Shown piece by piece: positions 1 to 9,271 of a stretch of 64,000 nucleotides of DNA. Source of the DNA: Cyclobacteriaceae bacterium (GTDB lineage Bacteria; Bacteroidota; Bacteroidia; Cytophagales; Cyclobacteriaceae); contig JAEUUG010000004.1 in assembly GCA_016787565.1 (NCBI GenBank), positions 325,827 to 389,826 on the forward strand, read 5' to 3'. The position numbers were made by a program, and so were the translations under genes. Within the stretch, counting starts at the first letter, position 1; each line of letters begins with the position of its first letter. Below the pieces are notes generated by a model. It made no database searches. It was given only the letters and a program-made list of their open reading frames with translations, and was not told where the DNA came from.

Positions 1-635
1 ACGGGCACTGAAAAGGCGGTATTCAACTGGTGAATAAAAGTGGCGATGCCTTCCTGAAAGGTGTGATGATTTTTTTGAAGTTTCCTGAGCTGAAAATGCT
101 TTCGGATACGCTTGCCAAAAACAAGAAAGACAATTAGTGCAACTACAATCAGTGCACCGATAACCATCAGTAACACCGGATAATTAAACAAAAAGAAAAC
201 TTTTTGATACGCAGTATTCTCTTTCAGCGGAAGCTCTTGTGCCCGAAGGGAGTCGGGTGGATGCGCGATGAGTTGTGTAATCAGAATACTGTCGGTTCCG
301 GAATATATAACTGTGCAATCTTTCGGGTTTACAACAAAGGCAGGCAGACTTAGTGTTTGCACGCGTCCTACTTCAAAGGTTGTCAGGTAATACAATGTGC
401 TGTCGCGGCTGATTCCCTGCGCAGTATGGGTTGGAAAATATTTTTTCTTTTGAATTTCGAATGATCCAAAATTATAAGTTGAATCAGGAAAGAGAATATT
501 CAGGTTGCTGGGATATTGCGCGGAAAGATAAAATGCAGTCGCCTCCCCGATTTTTATACTATCAGAAAGAAAACCACCACGCACATCAATTTGTTGTGCT
601 GTCAGCGGCAGACTTGTACAGAGGAATACACCCAT
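1..635 (-). CDS. hypothetical signal-peptide/transmembrane protein (partial; 3' end lies beyond window start), possibly a Bat-operon-like accessory membrane protein
   Basis: The minus-strand reading frame is open to the window edge and is absent from the ORF track because it has no stop. An ATG lies at about 633-635, and an in-frame GTG about 45 nt upstream is also possible. The translation begins MGVFLCTSLPLTAQQIDVRGG..., has a hydrophobic N-terminus, and later contains a clear TM helix (YPVLLMVIGALIVVALIVFLVF followed by GKRIRKHF). It lies immediately downstream of, and on the same strand as, the DUF58 gene. Confidence 0.5.
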   Translation of the reverse strand, partial: MGVFLCTSLPLTAQQIDVRGGFLSDSIKIGEATAFYLSAQYPSNLNILFPDSTYNFGSFEIQKKKYFPTHTAQGISRDSTLYYLTTFEVGRVQTLSLPAFVVNPKDCTVIYSGTDSILITQLIAHPPDSLRAQELPLKENTAYQKVFFLFNYPVLLMVIGALIVVALIVFLVFGKRIRKHFQLRKLQKNHHTFQEGIATFIHQLNTAFSVP

Positions 636-670
636 CCTAAAAACCCGAACCAAACTTTTCAATATTTCCG

Positions 671-1633
671 TCACGTGGTTTTCAGCGATTTATTTCTCAC
701 TTTAAATAACTTCAACAGCCGTGGCACATAATCTTCATCGGTGTCCAGCGAAATAAAATTGATCTGATGCTTTCGGCTGAAGGACTCAAGCGTTGCTTTG
801 CGATCGGTATGCCGTTCGCTTATTTTTTTTCTGAAATCACCGAATGAGGTATTGATCCATAAGGTGCGTTTGGTTTCTTTGTCGATAACCGGAATGATCC
901 CCAGTTTCGGTAAACGTGTTTCACGCTTGTCGCTGATGTGAATCACTACCAGATCGTGCCTGCGGGCTAATGCTTTCAGGTTATCGAAATACCCTTCATC
1001 GATGAAGTCTGAAATGAGAATGATCACACTCCTTCGCTTGATGGTATTTAACGCAAAGGCAATAGCCTTGCTTAGGTTTGTTTTTAACGACTGCGGCTGA
1101 AGGGTTGTCAGACTGCTGATGATGTGGTAGCCCTGACTTTGACCTTTAGCAGGTTTGATATATTTCTCTTTTACATCAGAGTAACAGATTAATCCTACGT
1201 GGCTCGACTCCTTTACCGCAGATAACGTGAGCACTCCGCAGATTTCTTTTCCAATATCCACTTTTGTTTTTCCCGGGCTGCCGATGTCTTCGGATGCGCT
1301 AACATCAAGAATAAAAAAAACGGTCTGCTCTTTTTCTTCTTTGAAGGTCTTGACAAAGGTTCCATGCCCTTTTGCAGAAACATTCCAGTCGATAGAGCGG
1401 ATATCATCTCCATATTGATAGGGCCGCACATCATCAAACTCCAATCCGGAGCCCTTAAAAACAGAATGGAAATCTCCCTGCATCTGGCTATTAATAGCCT
1501 TGCGGATCTGAATTTCGTATCTCCGTAATTTTTTGAGTAACGCCTTCACAACATCGAGAGTATAACCTTTTGCTTCTCCTAAGCGATCGTTTAGAAAGTT
1601 CAAAAATAGAACAAATATGAGTACTTTGCCCAC
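671..1633 (-). CDS. DUF58 domain protein (vWA-like, MIDAS motif DVSAS); apparent GTG start
   Basis: It carries the DUF58 signature GSGLEFDDVRPYQYGDDIRSIDWNVSAKG followed by VFFILDVSASEDIG (a DxSxS MIDAS motif). The start codon read from the sequence is GTG. Confidence 0.8.
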   Translation of the reverse strand: MGKVLIFVLFLNFLNDRLGEAKGYTLDVVKALLKKLRRYEIQIRKAINSQMQGDFHSVFKGSGLEFDDVRPYQYGDDIRSIDWNVSAKGHGTFVKTFKEEKEQTVFFILDVSASEDIGSPGKTKVDIGKEICGVLTLSAVKESSHVGLICYSDVKEKYIKPAKGQSQGYHIISSLTTLQPQSLKTNLSKAIAFALNTIKRRSVIILISDFIDEGYFDNLKALARRHDLVVIHISDKRETRLPKLGIIPVIDKETKRTLWINTSFGDFRKKISERHTDRKATLESFSRKHQINFISLDTDEDYVPRLLKLFKVRNKSLKTT

Positions 1634-1662
1634 TCAAATTAGAGATTAGGCATTTACACAGG

Positions 1663-2037
1663 GTGAAAGGCTTTCATAAAATCAAATCAGGGAAATGGAT
1701 ACTCCTCGTGGTGGTAGGTAGCATCCTGTCGTGTGGCGGTGATAAAAAGCCGAAGGATATTCTTTCAAAAGGTGAGATGGTGCAAATGCTGATGGATGTG
1801 TACATCACAGAAGAAAAGGTGAACCGACTGGCGCTACAGCGCGATTCGGCTACAAAGGTTTTTAGTGCTCTCGAGCAAAAAGTTTTTGAGCACCGGAATC
1901 TTTCCGATACTGTTTTTAAGCGTTCCCTTAATTATTACACTGACAGACCTGTGGAGTTAGAGGCTATCTATACCGCTTTGGTTGATTCACTTCAATTACG
2001 GGAACAACGCGCTAGCGATCATTCCAGAATACAATGA
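1663..2037 (+). CDS. small lipoprotein, DUF4296-like
   Basis: The N-terminus has a signal peptide and lipobox (LLVVVGSILSCGGD). The ~120-aa size and the MVQMLMDVYITEE motif are typical of Bacteroidota DUF4296 lipoproteins. Its stop overlaps the mutS2 start (ATGA), which suggests translational coupling. Confidence 0.55.
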   Translation: MKGFHKIKSGKWILLVVVGSILSCGGDKKPKDILSKGEMVQMLMDVYITEEKVNRLALQRDSATKVFSALEQKVFEHRNLSDTVFKRSLNYYTDRPVELEAIYTALVDSLQLREQRASDHSRIQ

Positions 2038-4397
2038 TTTATCCGGAAACGCTCGAACAAAAGCTTGGGTTCGATCAGGTAAGGCAGAAAATAAAAGGAT
2101 ATTGCCTTTCTGATACAGGTGCCGGTTGGGTAGATCGGATGCGGTTCAGCAAGGATGCTGATTTTATTCGTGTACTGCTGGGGCAGAACCTGGAGTTCAG
2201 GCAGATTCTTGAAAAGGGTGAAGACTTTCCGTCACGCTATTATTTCGATTCAACAGATTGGTTGCACCGCATCGGACTAGAAGGAAGCTACCTGGAGGCT
2301 GATGAGTTCTTAAACCTGGCGTACGCAATCGAAACGATTTTAGCCTGCAAGAATTTTTTAACGCGGTCGCGTGAATTCTATCCCCATCTTTTCAAATTGG
2401 GTGAGCCTGTGGCAGTAACCCAGGCGTTATCACAACTTGTCCTTTCCAAAATTGATGATAAGGCCACGGTAAAAGATTCAGCCAGCGCAGAGTTAGGAAG
2501 AATCCGAAAGAAACTTCGTGATGAACAACATCGGCTGCGAAAGCTAATGGATCAGATTTTCAGGGCGGCTGTAGAAGAAAAGTGGGTACCGGAAGGCGCA
2601 CTACCCACGTTGCGTGAAGGAAGACTTGTTATACCGATACATGCGGAGCATAAGCGCAGGGTAAAGGGCTTTATTCTGGATGAATCGGCCACCGGACAAA
2701 CGGTATTTCTTGAGCCAGCTGAAATGCTGGATGCTAATAATGAGATCAGGGATTTGGAGCACGCTGAAAAGCGCGAGGTTATCCGCATCCTGAAAGAACT
2801 GACCGATGCCCTCCGGCAAAAACTTCCTGAATTAAAACTTGCGTTTCAGTTTCTGGCACAGATCGATTTCATTCGGGCGAAAGCGAAGTTCTCGTTGGAG
2901 ATACAGGCTGACATGCCTATCCTTGAAAAAAGACCCGAGATGGTTTGGTATCATGCGCGCCACCCACTGTTGTACTTGAGTTTAAAAGGCAAACGCGAAG
3001 TTGTGCCCTTAACCATAGAGCTTGATCCAGTCGACCGGCTGTTACTCGTATCCGGACCAAATGCAGGTGGAAAATCAGTTTGTCTGAAAACAGTCGGGCT
3101 ATTGCAGTACATGGTGCAGTGCGGATTATTAATTCCGGTTTCAGACCGATCGCGCGTGGGTATTTTTCAGGATATCTTTTTGGATATTGGCGATCAGCAG
3201 TCGATCGAAAATGATTTAAGTACCTACAGCAGTCATTTACATAACATGAGTGTGTTCATTCAATCGGCTTCTGATAAATCACTGGTGCTGATGGATGAGT
3301 TGGGATCAGGGACGGATCCTAATTTTGGCGGAGCAATAGCACAGGCCATTCTGGATTCGTTGGTGAAGAAAAATGTATGGGGCGTAGCCACCACGCATTA
3401 TTACAACCTTAAACTGTTTGCTGGTCAGCGGCAAGGTATCCGCAATGCGGCCATGCGTTTTGATGATCAGAACCTGGTTCCATTGTATGTGCTAGATATT
3501 GGTAAACCAGGAAGTTCTTTCGCCTTGGAGATTGCCCGCAAAACCGGATTGCCGCAACAAACATTGCTGGATGCCGAAAAACTGGTTGGGAAAGATTTAA
3601 CGGGTTTCGAATCGCTGGTGAGAAGTCTGGAAAAAGAACGGCAGGAATTGAGCGAAAAAAACAAGCGGCTGGAAAAGCAGGAGATGGAGTTGAAACAATC
3701 GCTGGCGAAGTATCAAAACCTTTCATCAGAATTAGAAACACGAAAGAAAGAAATTATCAATAAGGCCAAAGACGAGGCTTCACAGTTACTAAAAGATACA
3801 AACCGGGAAATTGAAAAAACGATCCGGCACATCCGTGAGAACAAGGCCGAAAAAAAGGAAACCTTGAAAGTCCGTCAGGGTCTTCAGTCACTCAATAAAA
3901 AAGTTTCCCGCCAACCATCCGACAAAAAGCAAGTTGTACAAGAGCCAATCAAAATAGGCGATCGTGTGCGCATTGCCGGACAAACAGGAAGTGGAATACT
4001 ATTAAGTTTGAGTGGAAAAACAGCAACGGTTCAGTTTGGAGAACTTCGATCCACGGTCAGTGTGGGCAAATTAGAAAAGATTACCGGCACGGTCGAAAAG
4101 GAAATTGTTCCCAAGCGTTCTTCCGGTATCAACCTTCATGAGCGTCAATCAACTTTCAACAGTACACTCGATGTACGGGGTAAGCGTGTGGAGGAAGTTG
4201 TGCCGTTGCTGGATCAGTTTATGGACAATGCCATTTTACTGGGCCATGGAGAACTACGGATTTTGCACGGCAAAGGCGAGGGCGTATTGCGCAAAGTAAT
4301 TCGCGAGCAATTGCGAAACTATAAGAACGTAACGTCCATGGCTGATGAACATGTAGAGCGTGGTGGCGATGGAATTACGGTAGTGGTAGTAAAATAA
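2034..4397 (+). CDS. mutS2: endonuclease MutS2 (MutS ATPase domain + C-terminal Smr domain)
   Basis: It has a Walker A motif (GPNAGGKSVCLKT) and MutS domain V motifs (MDELGSGTDP). A long Lys/Glu-rich coiled coil precedes a C-terminal Smr domain (LDVRGKRVEEV...LRILHGKGEGVLRKVIREQL). The 787-aa length is typical for MutS2. Confidence 0.9.
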   Translation: MIYPETLEQKLGFDQVRQKIKGYCLSDTGAGWVDRMRFSKDADFIRVLLGQNLEFRQILEKGEDFPSRYYFDSTDWLHRIGLEGSYLEADEFLNLAYAIETILACKNFLTRSREFYPHLFKLGEPVAVTQALSQLVLSKIDDKATVKDSASAELGRIRKKLRDEQHRLRKLMDQIFRAAVEEKWVPEGALPTLREGRLVIPIHAEHKRRVKGFILDESATGQTVFLEPAEMLDANNEIRDLEHAEKREVIRILKELTDALRQKLPELKLAFQFLAQIDFIRAKAKFSLEIQADMPILEKRPEMVWYHARHPLLYLSLKGKREVVPLTIELDPVDRLLLVSGPNAGGKSVCLKTVGLLQYMVQCGLLIPVSDRSRVGIFQDIFLDIGDQQSIENDLSTYSSHLHNMSVFIQSASDKSLVLMDELGSGTDPNFGGAIAQAILDSLVKKNVWGVATTHYYNLKLFAGQRQGIRNAAMRFDDQNLVPLYVLDIGKPGSSFALEIARKTGLPQQTLLDAEKLVGKDLTGFESLVRSLEKERQELSEKNKRLEKQEMELKQSLAKYQNLSSELETRKKEIINKAKDEASQLLKDTNREIEKTIRHIRENKAEKKETLKVRQGLQSLNKKVSRQPSDKKQVVQEPIKIGDRVRIAGQTGSGILLSLSGKTATVQFGELRSTVSVGKLEKITGTVEKEIVPKRSSGINLHERQSTFNSTLDVRGKRVEEVVPLLDQFMDNAILLGHGELRILHGKGEGVLRKVIREQLRNYKNVTSMADEHVERGGDGITVVVVK

Positions 4398-4427
4398 AAA
4401 AGGACTTCAACTGGAAGTCCTTTTTTG
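4395..4427. terminator. bidirectional rho-independent terminator between the convergent mutS2 and lipoprotein genes
   Basis: A GC hairpin (ggacttc-aactg-gaagtcc) is flanked by an A-run upstream and a T-run downstream. This is suitable for terminating transcripts from both strands. Confidence 0.6.
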
Positions 4428-4443
4428 ATAAGATTATATCTGC

Positions 4444-4920
4444 TTATTGTTTCGTAAACTCGAATCTCCAGGGTCCGGAAACGCTGCTGGTTCTTCCACC
4501 AGCAAAACCAGTTCCGCTATACGGAAATGTCATGATTAATCCGGTTGCTGTAACCGAGTATGTAATTTGAATTGGATCACCGGAATCATTACGTGTTAAC
4601 TTTTCCGCTACGGGGCTGCCAAAAGTAAATGTTCCATTAGCGGGCCATGGGCTAACTTCCGGCCTCTCAGTTGCCGTATAGGCAAAAGTGGTACTACCTG
4701 CAGTGCCGTTTATGGTTAATGTAAATCCTACATAACTAAAGGGGGGAGCAGCACCATCTTGTGTTACATTGGAAGCATTAATTATCCTCCAGGTTCCATT
4801 CAGTTTTTCTAACTGAGTATCGGTTTCTGATTTCTTTGGATCATCACCGTCACAATTGGTATAAAAAACCATGGTTGCTAACAGCATTAAAAGAGAAAAT
4901 ATCCTTGCTACTACTTTCAT
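4444..4920 (-). CDS. hypothetical lipoprotein (Gly/Thr/Ser-rich, predicted beta-rich secreted domain)
   Basis: A signal peptide ends in a lipobox Cys (LLATMVFYTNCDGDD). There are no recognisable catalytic motifs. It lies downstream of an orphan ABC ATPase gene. Confidence 0.55.
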   Translation of the reverse strand: MKVVARIFSLLMLLATMVFYTNCDGDDPKKSETDTQLEKLNGTWRIINASNVTQDGAAPPFSYVGFTLTINGTAGSTTFAYTATERPEVSPWPANGTFTFGSPVAEKLTRNDSGDPIQITYSVTATGLIMTFPYSGTGFAGGRTSSVSGPWRFEFTKQ

Positions 4921-5033
4921 ATTGAACTGATTAATGTTTCGAATTTGCTACTAAAAATGTTAAAAACAAACTATTTAACGCTTACACCCTGTCTATGTGT
5001 GTTTTAATAACGACATGCCTGCCGATGTAACCC

Positions 5034-5708
5034 CTATTTATAGTCCTTGATGTTAAGGATAATGGCATTTGCCGGGTATTCTGCCTCTTGATTGGAAGCA
5101 ATAAAAACAAGTTTATCCTGTCCGATGTCGTTTAGCTGGTTTTTATACCAGTCAAACGCCTCGTTGTCGAGGTTTGTACCCGGCTCGTCCAAAAAAAGAA
5201 TACTGGCCTCAGTAAAGAAGGCCAACCCCAGCTTTAACCGCTGTTTCATGCCCGATGAAAAATTGGTAATCTGTTTGTTCCGCGCATGGCCCAGGTACAT
5301 TTTTTCAATCACGTTTTCACGGGATAGCCCTTTTCTGATTTTCCGGAGGTTGAAGTGAAATTCCAGTTGTTCCTCCAGGGTAAACTCATCAATCAGGTCC
5401 ATGTACGGTGTGGCAATGCTGATATGTTGATAGATTTCTTCCACAGGAACGATGGAATTGCTGAGGTGATAGGTAACCGATCCTGCTGTCTGTGGCATTT
5501 GCCCCCATAAGATTTGCAGGAGTGTAGATTTACCCGATCCGTTCGGCCCGGTAAGGGCATAGCAATTTCCTCCGGTAAATGTTGTTGAAAGTCCTTTAAA
5601 AATCCATTCGCGATTAAACCGCTTCGAAAGATTTTCTACTTCAATGCGTATCGCAGAATTTTGATGACTGATGTCGGGCGCTGATGGCTGCATGGTTAAG
5701 GGTATCAT
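5034..5708 (-). CDS. ABC transporter ATP-binding protein (single NBD, no adjacent permease)
   Basis: It has a Walker A motif (GPNGSGKSTLLQIL), a degenerate ABC signature (FSSGMKQRLKL) and a Walker B motif (ILFLDEP). Confidence 0.8.
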   Translation of the reverse strand: MIPLTMQPSAPDISHQNSAIRIEVENLSKRFNREWIFKGLSTTFTGGNCYALTGPNGSGKSTLLQILWGQMPQTAGSVTYHLSNSIVPVEEIYQHISIATPYMDLIDEFTLEEQLEFHFNLRKIRKGLSRENVIEKMYLGHARNKQITNFSSGMKQRLKLGLAFFTEASILFLDEPGTNLDNEAFDWYKNQLNDIGQDKLVFIASNQEAEYPANAIILNIKDYK

Positions 5709-5829
5709 GTCATCAACCCGTGGGCGTGTTTCTTCAATTTTTCGATGAATGCTATTGGCGCCTGCTTACTTCCTACTTCAATTTCCACACTTTGCCTGTT
5801 AGGGCATGTACTTTTAAAGTCATACTACC

Positions 5830-6618
5830 TTAGTCTCCGCTGCCATATCCCTTCATGATTCCCCGCTCTGATGTGCGTACAAAATCAAGAATATATTCTC
5901 TCTCCGGACTTGGTGGAATTTCTTTTTCTACAATTTCAAGTGCCTTGGTGTTGTTCACACCTTTCAGGAAAATGTGCCTGTATATATCTTGAATCTCAGC
6001 AATCTTCTCAGAGGTAAATCCTCTTCTTCGCAAGCCGATGGTATTGACACCTGCATACGCCAGCGGTTCACGGGCGGCTTTTGTGTACGGGGGAACATCT
6101 TTCCGCACCAATGATCCACCTGATAACATCACATGCGCCCCGACTTTAACAAACTGGTGTAATGCGCTTGCGCCACCAATAATGGCCCAATCGTCAATGG
6201 TAACATGCCCTGCAACTTGTACGGTATTCACGAGGATGCAGTGATTTCCAATGAGGCAATCGTGCGCCACGTGTACGTAGGCCATGAGCAGGCAATTTTT
6301 GCCAATCACGGTTTTGAATTTATCGCTTGTTCCACGGCTGATAGTTACAGCCTCGCGGATCACGGTGTTATCACCAATAAAAGTCTCCGTTTTTTCACCT
6401 GCAAACTTGAGATCCTGCGGGACAGAAGAAATGGAAGCTCCGGGATAAATCTTTACATTTTTCCCAAGGCGTGTGCCATTCCAGAGTATGGCGTTCGGGC
6501 CGATCCAACAGTCATCATCAATGATGACATCTTCCTGAACAGTTGCAAAAGGCTCAATGATAACGTTGTTACCAATTTTGGCCCCGGGGTGAACATTGGC
6601 GAGTGGATATTGGCTCAT
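5830..6618 (-). CDS. lpxA: acyl-ACP--UDP-N-acetylglucosamine O-acyltransferase
   Basis: The left-handed beta-helix hexapeptide repeats and an N-terminus (MSQYPLANVHPGAKIGNNVIIEPFATV) are typical of LpxA. The 262-aa length fits. It lies in an lpxD-lpxC/fabZ-lpxA operon with a 4-bp overlap to the upstream gene. Confidence 0.9.
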   Translation of the reverse strand: MSQYPLANVHPGAKIGNNVIIEPFATVQEDVIIDDDCWIGPNAILWNGTRLGKNVKIYPGASISSVPQDLKFAGEKTETFIGDNTVIREAVTISRGTSDKFKTVIGKNCLLMAYVHVAHDCLIGNHCILVNTVQVAGHVTIDDWAIIGGASALHQFVKVGAHVMLSGGSLVRKDVPPYTKAAREPLAYAGVNTIGLRRRGFTSEKIAEIQDIYRHIFLKGVNNTKALEIVEKEIPPSPEREYILDFVRTSERGIMKGYGSGD

Positions 6619-8012
6619 GAGTCTTTTCGAACAATACTGGCGGTCATAGTTCCTTCACATACAAGGGTGTTGCCCACGTAGGCACGCCCCGACATTTTAG
6701 CGATGCCGCGCTTGATGGGCGCGAGCAGATCGCATTGAATTACCAGTGTATCGCCCGGTAAAACCATTTTACGGAATCGGAAGTTTTCGATACTCAGAAA
6801 ATACGTCCAGTAGTTTTCCGGATCGGGTACGGTGTTCAATACTAATATACCACCCGTCTGAACCATCGCTTCTACTTGCAAAACACCAGGCATAACAGGG
6901 TTGCCTGGGAAGTGCCCCTGGAAGTAGGGTTCGTTCATCGTTACGTTCTTTACTCCGGCAACACTCTCGTTGTCAAGGTAAATAATTTTATCAATCAGTA
7001 GGAACGGGTAGCGGTGAGGCAACGTAGCCGCGATTTTATTAATGTCCATTACCGGAGGAAGACTTGGATTGTACTTTGGTCTTCCCTTCTTATCGGCTTC
7101 AGCCATCGCTTTCTTCAGCTTTTTGGCAAAAGCAACATTGGCAGCGTGTCCAGGTCTTGCAGCCAGAATTTGCGCCTTTAATGGTCTGCCGGCAAGGGCC
7201 AGGTCGCCCATAATATCCAGCAGCTTATGGCGGGCTGGTTCATTTTTATAGCGAAGTTCAATATTGTTCAATATGCCTTCCTGCTTTACGGCAACTTTGG
7301 GTTTGCCCAGCATTTTGGCGATGTTATCCAGCTCTTCATCTTTCACCACCCTGTCAACAATAACAATGGCATTGTTCAGGTCACCGCCACGAATCAGATT
7401 GTTTTTATACAGCATTTCCAATTCGTGCAGGAAGCAGAACGTGCGACAGGAGGCAATTTCTTTTTCAAACTGTCGGATATCGGTTATCGAGGCGTGTTGA
7501 CTGCCCAGAACGGGTGAATTATAATCTACCATTACCGTAACCCGGTAATCGTCCAGCGGCAGCGCGGCAATTTCAACATTGCGTGCAATTTCCCGGTAAA
7601 AGAGCGGTTCCTGAACTTCGAAAAAATCGCGGATAGCATTTTGTTCTTCTGTTCCAGCCTCTTTTAAGGGTTCCACAAACTGAATGGAACTCCCATCCAT
7701 AATGGGGCACTCCGGTCCGTCTAACTGAATAAGGACATTATCAATCTCAAGGCCTACCAGGGCCGCCAGTGTATGTTCAATGGTGCTGACTTTGGCACCA
7801 CTTTGCTCGATTGTGGTACCCCTTGAAACATCTGTAACATTTTCGCAGTCGGCATCAACAATGGGAGATCCCGGTAAATCAACACGTTGAAATTTAATGC
7901 CATGATTGGGTTTCGCTGGCAGAAAAGTCATGTTGGTTTGAACTCCGGTATGCAGCCCTACGCCTGAAAGAGACACGGACTTCTGGATGGTTTGCTGTTT
8001 GATGTTGAGCAT
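6615..8012 (-). CDS. lpxC/fabZ: bifunctional UDP-3-O-acyl-GlcNAc deacetylase / 3-hydroxyacyl-ACP dehydratase (LpxC-FabZ fusion)
   Basis: The N-terminal ~300 aa is LpxC-like (MLNIKQQTIQKSVSLSGVGLHTG...). The C-terminal ~150 aa is a FabZ hot-dog domain (HFPGNPVMPGVLQVEAM...). This fusion is characteristic of Bacteroidota. Confidence 0.9.
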   Translation of the reverse strand: MLNIKQQTIQKSVSLSGVGLHTGVQTNMTFLPAKPNHGIKFQRVDLPGSPIVDADCENVTDVSRGTTIEQSGAKVSTIEHTLAALVGLEIDNVLIQLDGPECPIMDGSSIQFVEPLKEAGTEEQNAIRDFFEVQEPLFYREIARNVEIAALPLDDYRVTVMVDYNSPVLGSQHASITDIRQFEKEIASCRTFCFLHELEMLYKNNLIRGGDLNNAIVIVDRVVKDEELDNIAKMLGKPKVAVKQEGILNNIELRYKNEPARHKLLDIMGDLALAGRPLKAQILAARPGHAANVAFAKKLKKAMAEADKKGRPKYNPSLPPVMDINKIAATLPHRYPFLLIDKIIYLDNESVAGVKNVTMNEPYFQGHFPGNPVMPGVLQVEAMVQTGGILVLNTVPDPENYWTYFLSIENFRFRKMVLPGDTLVIQCDLLAPIKRGIAKMSGRAYVGNTLVCEGTMTASIVRKDS

Positions 8013-8104
8013 TATTTCTTAAAAAGTTGGCAATTTAACCCCAAATCTTCGGATTATCCAACATCAGCCAACCCTGGGGAATCGGTTGATAACCGGTATT
8101 CCTG

Positions 8105-9172
8105 CTATTCCGATGAAACAGACTTCTTTTCTGTTTCCAGTTGTTTCATTTTTACTTCCAGGTCGCGTAGCCTGTAGTTTAAATCCGGCAGTTGCTTGAA
8201 TACGGCATACGATCTGAAGTATTCTTTAATATCAAATACAGGGTATCCGATAAGTTTCTGACCTTCTTTTGTTATGGATTTTGATACCCCGGCTTGTGCA
8301 CCCAGACTGGTGTTGTTAGTTATTATTAGGTGGCCGGCAATTCCCACCTGCCCGGCAATCATACAATTTTCACCAACTTTTGTAGAGCCTGAAATGCCTG
8401 CCTGCGCGGCAATCACTGTGTTTTTTCCAACCTCAACATTGTGGGCAATCTGAATCAGGTTATCCAGTTTCACACCTTTATGCAGGATAGTTGAATCCCC
8501 AAACATGGTGGCACAATCAATTACAGTATTAGCTCCGATGGTCACATCATCTTCTATAATAACATTTCCCAACTGGGGTATGGTTTTGTAAGAGCCATCT
8601 TCCTGGGGCGCAAAACCAAAGCCATCACTTCCGATAACGGTGCCAGCATGCAGTGCACAATTTTTTCCGATACGCGTTCCGCTATAGAGCTTCACACCAG
8701 ATTGCAGCACGGTATTATCTCCGATGGTTACATTATCACCAATGAACACATGCGGATATATTTTTACATTGTCGCCAATGGTTACGTTACTTCCGATATA
8801 CGAAAAAGCACCGCGGTAAATGTTGTTTCCAACTACGGCTGTATCGGAAATATAACTGGGCTGTTCAACACCAACTTTTTGAAAGGTGATCATTTTGTGA
8901 TATTGCTCCAATAAGGTTGTAAAACTGGAGTACGGATCATCTACCATGATGAGTGTAGAGGAGATTTCTTTTCTTGATACAAAGTCCTTTTTTACAATGA
9001 CGGCAGAAGCCTGCGTAGTATAAATGAAATGCTCATACTTCGGGTTGGAGAGAAAAGCAATTTGCCCTTTTTTGGCATCCTGTATTTTCGCGAGCATGTT
9101 AATTTTCTCGTCTCCATTACCTTTTACCTCACCGCCCAGCATGGCGGCAATCTGCTGTACCGTAAATTCCAT
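8105..9172 (-). CDS. lpxD: UDP-3-O-(3-hydroxyacyl)glucosamine N-acyltransferase
   Basis: The LpxD N-terminal domain ([25 protein letters not shown]...) is followed by hexapeptide repeats. A short C-terminal coiled-coil tail follows. It sits in the operon immediately upstream of lpxC/fabZ. Confidence 0.9.
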   Translation of the reverse strand: MEFTVQQIAAMLGGEVKGNGDEKINMLAKIQDAKKGQIAFLSNPKYEHFIYTTQASAVIVKKDFVSRKEISSTLIMVDDPYSSFTTLLEQYHKMITFQKVGVEQPSYISDTAVVGNNIYRGAFSYIGSNVTIGDNVKIYPHVFIGDNVTIGDNTVLQSGVKLYSGTRIGKNCALHAGTVIGSDGFGFAPQEDGSYKTIPQLGNVIIEDDVTIGANTVIDCATMFGDSTILHKGVKLDNLIQIAHNVEVGKNTVIAAQAGISGSTKVGENCMIAGQVGIAGHLIITNNTSLGAQAGVSKSITKEGQKLIGYPVFDIKEYFRSYAVFKQLPDLNYRLRDLEVKMKQLETEKKSVSSE

Positions 9173-9271
9173 TGTTTATTTTTAGTTGTACGGATGAGTA
9201 TAAAGCATTGAATTCAATTGATGGTCTGTGATGCAGCTTGGATTAGAATTAACGAACCTCTTGGCGGACCA

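Noticed and set aside
2552-2819. Numerous 60-130-aa ORFs lying antisense to or out of frame within large genes
   Set aside because: Examples are 2552-2788, 7042-7517, 9576-10123, 14090-14287, 22760-23060 and 58002-58305. Each is fully embedded in a well-supported conserved gene and has low-complexity or atypical composition. I treat them as spurious.
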